A DNA stretch of 32,000 nucleotides, taken from an uncultured Chloroflexia bacterium. Lineage in GTDB: Bacteria; Chloroflexota; Anaerolineae; Anaerolineales; Anaerolineaceae. The DNA lies in contig OY969938.1 in the NCBI GenBank assembly GCA_963704755.1, positions 1,770,001 to 1,802,000 on the forward strand, read 5' to 3'. The notes beneath the pieces are model-generated. The model saw only the letters and a program-made list of their open reading frames with translations. It searched no databases and had not been told where the DNA came from. Position numbers and translations under genes: made by a program. Numbering within the stretch: the first letter of the stretch is position 1; the number at the start of each line of letters is the position of its first letter. Shown piece after piece: positions 26,252-32,000 of this stretch.

Positions 26252-27853
26252 GTTCAAAACGATATTCAAAAGGCAATTGCGAGTGGATCGACCGTTCTTG
26301 GCATCGAGTTCGGCTCAACGCGGATCAAGGCCGTACTGATCAGCGAAGATCATACGCCCATTGCATCGGGTAGTTACGAATGGGAAAACCGGTACGAAGA
26401 CGGTATTTGGACCTATAGCCTCGAAGATGTTTGGACAGGCTTACAGGCAAGCTACCGGATGCTCAAGAGCGAGGTTTTTGAGAAATACGCCACATCGCTC
26501 AAGACCCTTGGCGCCATCGGATTCAGCGCCATGATGCATGGGTATATGGCCTTCGACCAGAACGGGAACCAACTGGTACCATTTCGAACCTGGCGAAACA
26601 CCACCACTGAACAGGCTTCAAAAGAGCTCACGGACCTGTTCCAATTCAATATTCCCCAGCGGTGGAGTATTGCCCACCTGTATCAGGCGATATTGAACAA
26701 GGAATCTCACATCCAGCAAATCAGCTTTCTGACCACCCTGGCGGGTTATGTCCACTGGAAACTGACCGGACAAAAGGTGCTGGGCGTCGGCGAAGCATCC
26801 GGTATGTTCCCCATCGACAGCCTGACCAACGACTACGATCAGCACATGCTGCGCCTGTTCAACGAACGGATCGCCGCAGAAAAGCTGCCCTGGAAACTCG
26901 CGGACATCCTGCCCGAGGTTCTTCTCGCCGGTGATTCCGCCGGTGTTCTGACCGAAGCAGGAGCAAAGCTGCTCGACCCCTCCGGCGAACTGCAAGCCGG
27001 GATACCACTCTGCCCGCCCGAAGGCGATGCAGGCACAGGCATGGTCGCGACCAACAGCGTTGCAGAACGAACCTGCAATGTATCGGCCGGGACATCCGTG
27101 TTTGCCATGATCGTTTTGGAGAAAGCCCTGTCGAAGCTGTATCCCGAGATCGACATGGTGACGACGCCCACCGGCAAGCCGGTCGCCATGGTCCATGCGA
27201 ACAACTGCACCTCCGATCTCAACGCCTGGGTCGACCTGTTCCAAGAATTTACGACCGCACTGGGTGTAAAGATCGAGGAATCCAGGCTGTTCGAATTGCT
27301 CTATCAGAAGGGGCTCGAGGGCGATGAAGATTGCGGCAAGCTCCTGGCTTACAACTATTTCTCGGGCGAACCCATCACCCACCTGGAAGAAGGACGTCCT
27401 CTGTTCGTCCGTACCCCCGAAAGCCGTTTCACCCTTGCGAACTTCATGCGGATGCACCTGTTCTCGGCGCTCGGCACCTTGAAGATCGGCCTGGATATTC
27501 TGCTTAAACAGGAGCAAGTGAAGATCGACCAGGTCCTCGGCCACGGCGGGTTCTTTAAAACCAGGGAAGTTGGCCAGAGGATCATGGCGGCGGCTATGAA
27601 CGTCCCCGTTTCGGTGATGGAAACGGCCGGCGAAGGCGGCGCCTGGGGCATCGCCCTGCTGGCTGCCTACATGCGCTTCAAATCGGAGAAAGAACCCCTG
27701 GAAGCCTACCTCTCCGATAGAGTCTTTGCCGGGGAAAATGGCACCACGATCGTCCCCAACCAGAAAGATATCGACAGCTTCACGGCATTCATGGAACGCT
27801 ACCAAATAGGGCTCGTCCTCGAAAGAGCCGCTGTAGATGTGCTGAAAAGGTAG
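26252..27853 (+). CDS. araB: FGGY-family sugar kinase, probable L-ribulokinase; start codon unresolved
   Basis: The frame is open from 26252 ([30 protein letters not shown]..., a conserved FGGY N-terminus). The first in-frame ATG/GTG/TTG is only at 26459. ATG 26242/26248 behind SD AAGGAAG is in another frame, offset by 1 nt. Confidence 0.8.
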   Translation, partial: VQNDIQKAIASGSTVLGIEFGSTRIKAVLISEDHTPIASGSYEWENRYEDGIWTYSLEDVWTGLQASYRMLKSEVFEKYATSLKTLGAIGFSAMMHGYMAFDQNGNQLVPFRTWRNTTTEQASKELTDLFQFNIPQRWSIAHLYQAILNKESHIQQISFLTTLAGYVHWKLTGQKVLGVGEASGMFPIDSLTNDYDQHMLRLFNERIAAEKLPWKLADILPEVLLAGDSAGVLTEAGAKLLDPSGELQAGIPLCPPEGDAGTGMVATNSVAERTCNVSAGTSVFAMIVLEKALSKLYPEIDMVTTPTGKPVAMVHANNCTSDLNAWVDLFQEFTTALGVKIEESRLFELLYQKGLEGDEDCGKLLAYNYFSGEPITHLEEGRPLFVRTPESRFTLANFMRMHLFSALGTLKIGLDILLKQEQVKIDQVLGHGGFFKTREVGQRIMAAAMNVPVSVMETAGEGGAWGIALLAAYMRFKSEKEPLEAYLSDRVFAGENGTTIVPNQKDIDSFTAFMERYQIGLVLERAAVDVLKR

Positions 27854-27865
27854 GAAATTAGAAAA

Positions 27866-27914
27866 GAGAGAGTAGAGAATAGTTATCCATTCACAACCAA
27901 TCATCTACTCTCTC
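27866..27914 (+). other. Stem-loop between araB and araD
   Basis: gagagagtaga (27866-27876) pairs with tctactctctc (27904-27914), with a 27-nt loop. Confidence 0.3.
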
Positions 27915-27938
27915 GTTATCTAATCTCTGGAGATAAAT

Positions 27939-28580
27939 ATGCTTGAAAAACTAAAAGAAGAACTTGTCCAGTTACATCTCGAACTACCCAAGAATAACCT
28001 GGTGGTATGGACCGGCGGGAATATCAGCGCACGCGATGCCGAGACCGGGCTGGTTGTCATCAAAGCCTCCGGGGTGCGCTATGACGATTTGCGCCCAGAG
28101 CACATGGTCGTCGTCGACCCGGAGGGTGCCGTGGTGGAAGGTGACTTTAAGCCCTCCTCCGATATGGCCAGCCACCTCTACATCTACAAACATCGCCCGG
28201 ACGTAGCCGGGGTGGTACATACCCATTCGGCTTATGCCACAGCCTTTGCGGCGGTGAATCGCCCCATTCCGGTGGTATTGACGGCTATCGCCGACGAGTT
28301 CGGCGGGCCGATCCCCTGTGGTGGTTTCGCCCTGATCGGCGACGACGCGATAGGCAAGGTTGTGATCGAAGGAATTGGAAATTCGAGCGCAATTTTACTC
28401 AAGAACCACGGGGTGTTCACCATCGGCAAGGATGCGAAATCCGCCGTCAAAGCCGCGGTAATGACCGAAGATAATGCCAAAACAGTTTGGCTGGCCCTGC
28501 AAATTGGCATTCCGGAGGAAATTCCATTGGAAGATGTAGAAAAATTGCATTACCGCTACACCCATGTTTACGGACAATAA
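27939..28580 (+). CDS. araD: L-ribulose-5-phosphate 4-epimerase
   Basis: MLEKLKEELVQLHLELPKNNLVVWTGGNISARD...KPSSD...VVHTHS...HGVFT aligns along its whole length with E. coli AraD as I remember it. Confidence 0.9.
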   Translation: MLEKLKEELVQLHLELPKNNLVVWTGGNISARDAETGLVVIKASGVRYDDLRPEHMVVVDPEGAVVEGDFKPSSDMASHLYIYKHRPDVAGVVHTHSAYATAFAAVNRPIPVVLTAIADEFGGPIPCGGFALIGDDAIGKVVIEGIGNSSAILLKNHGVFTIGKDAKSAVKAAVMTEDNAKTVWLALQIGIPEEIPLEDVEKLHYRYTHVYGQ

Positions 28581-28734
28581 TTTTGAAAAATCAAAATCCA
28601 TTATCCCGATATCGAATCTAAACGTGACCACTCAGGCTGACCAGAAAGAACCGCAAATCAGGGAATTTCTACCACGTACTTGAGTAGTGACCACTAATCA
28701 AATTTATCAGTTTTACTCCTCAGGAGAGATCATT

Positions 28735-30240
28735 ATGATCGATTTAACTCATTGTGAAGTCTGGTTTGTAACCGGCAGCCAGCATTTGTACGGACCCAAA
28801 ACACTCGAATCCGTGGCCGACCATTCCCGCGAAATCGCAGCATTTTTGAGCGATTCTATTCATATCCCTGCCCAGGTCATTTATAAACCAGTGGTAACCA
28901 CATCGGAAGAAATCTATAAATTATGCCTGGAAGCAAACGCAGCGGATTCCTGCGTGGGGATCATTACCTGGATGCACACGTTCTCTCCGGCAAAAATGTG
29001 GATCGCCGGCTTGAGCATCCTCAAGAAACCATTTTTACATTTGCACACCCAATACAATCGCGAAATCCCCTGGTCCGAGATCGATATGGATTTCATGAAC
29101 CTGAACCAGTCCGCGCACGGGGACCGCGAATTCGGCTTTATTGGCAGCCGCATGCGGCTGAATCGCAAAGTGGTTGTTGGCTACTGGCACGACCAGGACG
29201 TTCAAAATAGCATCGGTACCTGGACCCGGGCTGCCTGCGCCTGGGCCAACTCACAAGGATCAAAAATTGCCCGCTTCGGCGATAATATGCGCGACGTGGC
29301 CGTCACGGAAGGGGATAAAGTAGAAGCCCAAATCAGGTTCGGTTACGATGTGTTGGGCTACGGGATTGGTGACCTTGTCGATGCGGTAGACCAGGTCTCG
29401 GATGCCGAAACCGACCGCATGGTCCAGGCCTACCTGGACGAATACGACGTTGTCCCCGCCTTACAGCCCACCGGTGAAAAATTCGACTCCCTGAAGTGGG
29501 GAGCCCGGATGGAAGTCGGCCTGCGGAATTTCCTTTCGGCCGGGGATTTCAACGCCTTTACCACCACGTTTGAAGATTTACACGGCCTGGTCCAGCTCCC
29601 TGGACTGGCCGTACAGCGATTGATGCGCGATGGCTACGGCTTTGGCGCCGAAGGCGATTGGAAGACCTCTGCGTTGGTGCGCGCCATGAAGGTCATGAGT
29701 GCCGGGTTGAAGGGCGGCGTCAGCTTCATGGAGGATTACACCTACCATTTTTCCGCCTCCGGCGACAAGGTGCTCGGAGCACACATGCTCGAAGTCTGCG
29801 AATCGATTGCCGCATCCCGGCCCCGCCTGGATATCCAACCACTTTCCATCGGCGGGAAAGACGATCCGTTGCGCTTGATCTTCGATGCCAACCTCGGGCC
29901 GGCGATCGCTGCCTCCATCATGGATATGGGCCTGCGCTTCCGGCTGGTGGCCAACCTGATCGATATCGTCCCTGCGGATGCACCGCTTTCCAAACTGCCG
30001 GTAGCCCATGCGCTTTGGCTGCCGCGCCCCAACCTGAAGACCGCGGCGACGGCCTGGATCTACGCCGGCGGGGCTCACCACACGAGCTTCAGCTACGCAG
30101 TTACGGCCGAGCATCTACGCGATTTTGCCGAGATTGCCGGGATGGAATACCTGCAAATCGACGAGAACACCTGCGTGGATGAATTCAAGAAAGAATTACG
30201 CTGGAATGATCTGTATTACCATATGGCCAACGGGCTCTAA
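28735..30240 (+). CDS. araA: L-arabinose isomerase
   Basis: Start is ATG 28735 after [78 protein letters not shown] and FMEDYTYHF closely match E. coli AraA. Confidence 0.95.
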   Translation: MIDLTHCEVWFVTGSQHLYGPKTLESVADHSREIAAFLSDSIHIPAQVIYKPVVTTSEEIYKLCLEANAADSCVGIITWMHTFSPAKMWIAGLSILKKPFLHLHTQYNREIPWSEIDMDFMNLNQSAHGDREFGFIGSRMRLNRKVVVGYWHDQDVQNSIGTWTRAACAWANSQGSKIARFGDNMRDVAVTEGDKVEAQIRFGYDVLGYGIGDLVDAVDQVSDAETDRMVQAYLDEYDVVPALQPTGEKFDSLKWGARMEVGLRNFLSAGDFNAFTTTFEDLHGLVQLPGLAVQRLMRDGYGFGAEGDWKTSALVRAMKVMSAGLKGGVSFMEDYTYHFSASGDKVLGAHMLEVCESIAASRPRLDIQPLSIGGKDDPLRLIFDANLGPAIAASIMDMGLRFRLVANLIDIVPADAPLSKLPVAHALWLPRPNLKTAATAWIYAGGAHHTSFSYAVTAEHLRDFAEIAGMEYLQIDENTCVDEFKKELRWNDLYYHMANGL

Positions 30241-30260
30241 TCGCCGGGCCAAATCTGTGC

Positions 30261-31416
30261 TCATTCCGTCTTGCCATTCTTCTTAATTACCACAGCCGTA
30301 AAATCGTCCTGTTGAACGGCATCCCCGGTAAAGGCCTGTAACGACTGCCACAATTCCTGGCAGATTTCTCCCGCCGATCTCTCGCGCAGGCGCACCAGTT
30401 GTTCCACGATGCGCTCGCCGCCAAAGGAATGCCCGTCTCCATGGATCAACTCGGTCAGGCAGTCGCTGAAGAGCAGCATTACCCCGCCCTCCTCCAGTGT
30501 GATCCGGTTTTCGTCCAGCACCAGGTCATCGAACACCCCCAGGGCCGCCCCAGGGCCGGGTTTTACCGCCAGCGGCCGGCCGTCGCCGCCCAGCAAGACC
30601 GGCGCGGGGTGCCCGGCGCGGGCGTAGTCGAACGTCCCGCTGGGGCCATCCAGAATGCCGAAAAACAGGGTCACGAACATGTCCGCAGCATTCATATTCA
30701 CCAGGTAGCGATTGACCCGTTCCAGCACCTCCCGCGGGCTGCAATCGGGGTCGGCCTCGGCATGGATCAGGCTGAAGGTCAGCGCCATGAACAAGGCCGC
30801 CGGCACGCCTTTATCGGACACGTCTCCCAAAATAATCGCCGTGCGGCCGCGGCCGAAATCGAGAAACTCGTAAAAATCTCCGCCCACGGCGCGGGCCGGC
30901 TCCATCAAAGCCCCCAGGTCGTAACCGGGCAGGCTTGGCGCCGATTCGGGCAGCATGCTACGCTGGATCTGCCGGGCAAAATCCAGCTCGATTTCCATTT
31001 TGCGCAGCAAATCGCGCTGCCGGTCACGCAGGCGCTTCTTTTCCAGGCTGGCATCGATGCGCGCTTTGAGCAGCACCTGGTCCACCGGCTTGGTCAGGTA
31101 ATCCTCGGCCCCCATCTGGATGCACTTGACCACGCTGTCCATTTCTTCCAGCGCCGAGGTGATGATCACGGGCGTATCGCGCAGCCGCGGGTCGGCCAGC
31201 ACCTGCTCGAGCACGCTGTAGCCGTTCATTTCGGGCATCTCGATATCCAGCAGCATCAATTCCACCGGGCAGGAGCGCAGCAGTTCCAGCGCCTGCCGGC
31301 CATTTTCGGCATACATCACCCGGTGGCCCTGCAATTCCAGGTAGCGGCCCAGCAAAAGCCGGTTGGTCTTGACGTCATCGACCACCAGCAGGCTGCCCCC
31401 GTTCAGATTCAGGCAT
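30261..31416 (-). CDS. Response-regulator receiver fused to a PP2C/SpoIIE-type phosphatase (RsbU-like); N-terminus affected by a 1-nt frame problem in a C5 run
   Basis: The ORF from GTG 31385 starts in the middle of REC strand beta-1 (MVDDVKTNR). ATG 31416 overlaps the Hpt stop (ATGCCTGA) and gives MPESER. Removing one base of the run 31396-31400 yields MPESERGSLLVVDDV. The PP2C part contains VGGDFYEF and LLFSDCLTE. Confidence 0.8.
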
Positions 31417-31751
31417 GGCTCAGCTTCAGCAGCGCGTCCTGGATCAGGTCGTATTCAGAGGATAAGTCCGCGGCCTTCTGCGCAATACCGGCCAGGCGGC
31501 CTTCTTTTCCCAGGGTCTCGATCTCCTGGGCCAGGCTGCCCAGGTGCAGGGCGCCGAAATTGTTGCTGGAGGATTTGATCGCGTGGGCGGCCCGGCGGAC
31601 GCCGTCGGCGTCATTGGCGGCCACGGCCTGCTGCAACTGCGCGATCAGCGCGGGCGTTTCCTCGCGGTAGGTATCCACCAATTCGATCACAAAATCAAGC
31701 CCGACCTCCTGTTTAAGTTCTTCGAACACCACCCGATCGATCAGGTTGTTT

Positions 31752-31759
<8 letters not shown>
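31409..31759 (-). CDS. Histidine phosphotransfer (Hpt) domain protein
   Basis: [12 protein letters not shown] matches the Hpt HxxKGxxxxxGA motif. The protein is 116 aa and helical. Confidence 0.85.

Positions 31760-32000
<241 letters not shown>

Noticed and set aside
1349-31670. Long ORFs antisense to or overlapping strong genes, for example 1349..2056 (-), 16044..16964 (+), 26618..27904 (-) and 30399..31670 (+).
   Set aside because: These are shadow frames typical of GC-rich coding DNA. Their products are Arg/Pro/Gly-rich without motifs, and each is fully contained in a gene with clear family signatures on the other frame or strand.

Overview
This is a 32-kb chromosomal segment from a mid/high-GC bacterium. 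Three features hint at a Chloroflexota-like monoderm: a MalT-type ATPase fused to a C-terminal wHTH-BTAD module, an RRM RNA-binding protein, and a lipoprotein-type sugar-binding protein. That taxonomic guess is inference only and cannot be verified here. Left to right the window contains: (1) a ~1070-aa STAND/TPR/BTAD regulator on the - strand, split by an apparent frameshift, with three 11-bp-phased GTTACA repeats just past its stop codon; (2) a decayed higBA toxin-antitoxin pair; (3) a ~3.3-kb AT-rich island (about 4140-7470) carrying a tightly coupled four-ORF operon on the + strand, in the order unknown, Mrr-like PD-(D/E)xK nuclease, unknown, unknown, with no mobility gene; (4) a PAS-GAF histidine kinase with an OmpR/KdpE-type response regulator, an RRM protein, Dps, small hypotheticals, a flavoprotein gene fragment and mgsA; (5) a gntR-coxM-coxS-coxL-like molybdoenzyme operon on the - strand; (6) a LacI-family regulator with a 36-bp perfect palindromic operator, a YtfQRT/YjfF-type sugar ABC transporter, an M24 peptidase and araB-araD-araA; (7) a phosphorelay on the - strand made of a REC domain (partial, probably the end of a hybrid kinase), an Hpt protein and a REC-PP2C phosphatase. 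I saw no rRNA, tRNA, CRISPR array, transposase or integrase. The best candidate for an undescribed system is the island operon at 4632-7353: only one of its four products has a recognisable motif (a nuclease), and the set does not match any named defence system I can recall. One caveat applies across the window. It contains at least five apparent frameshifts, several at short homopolymers, and three in-frame TAG codons. Two of these lesions fall inside the candidate operon. Read-level data are needed to tell assembly errors from real pseudogenes.
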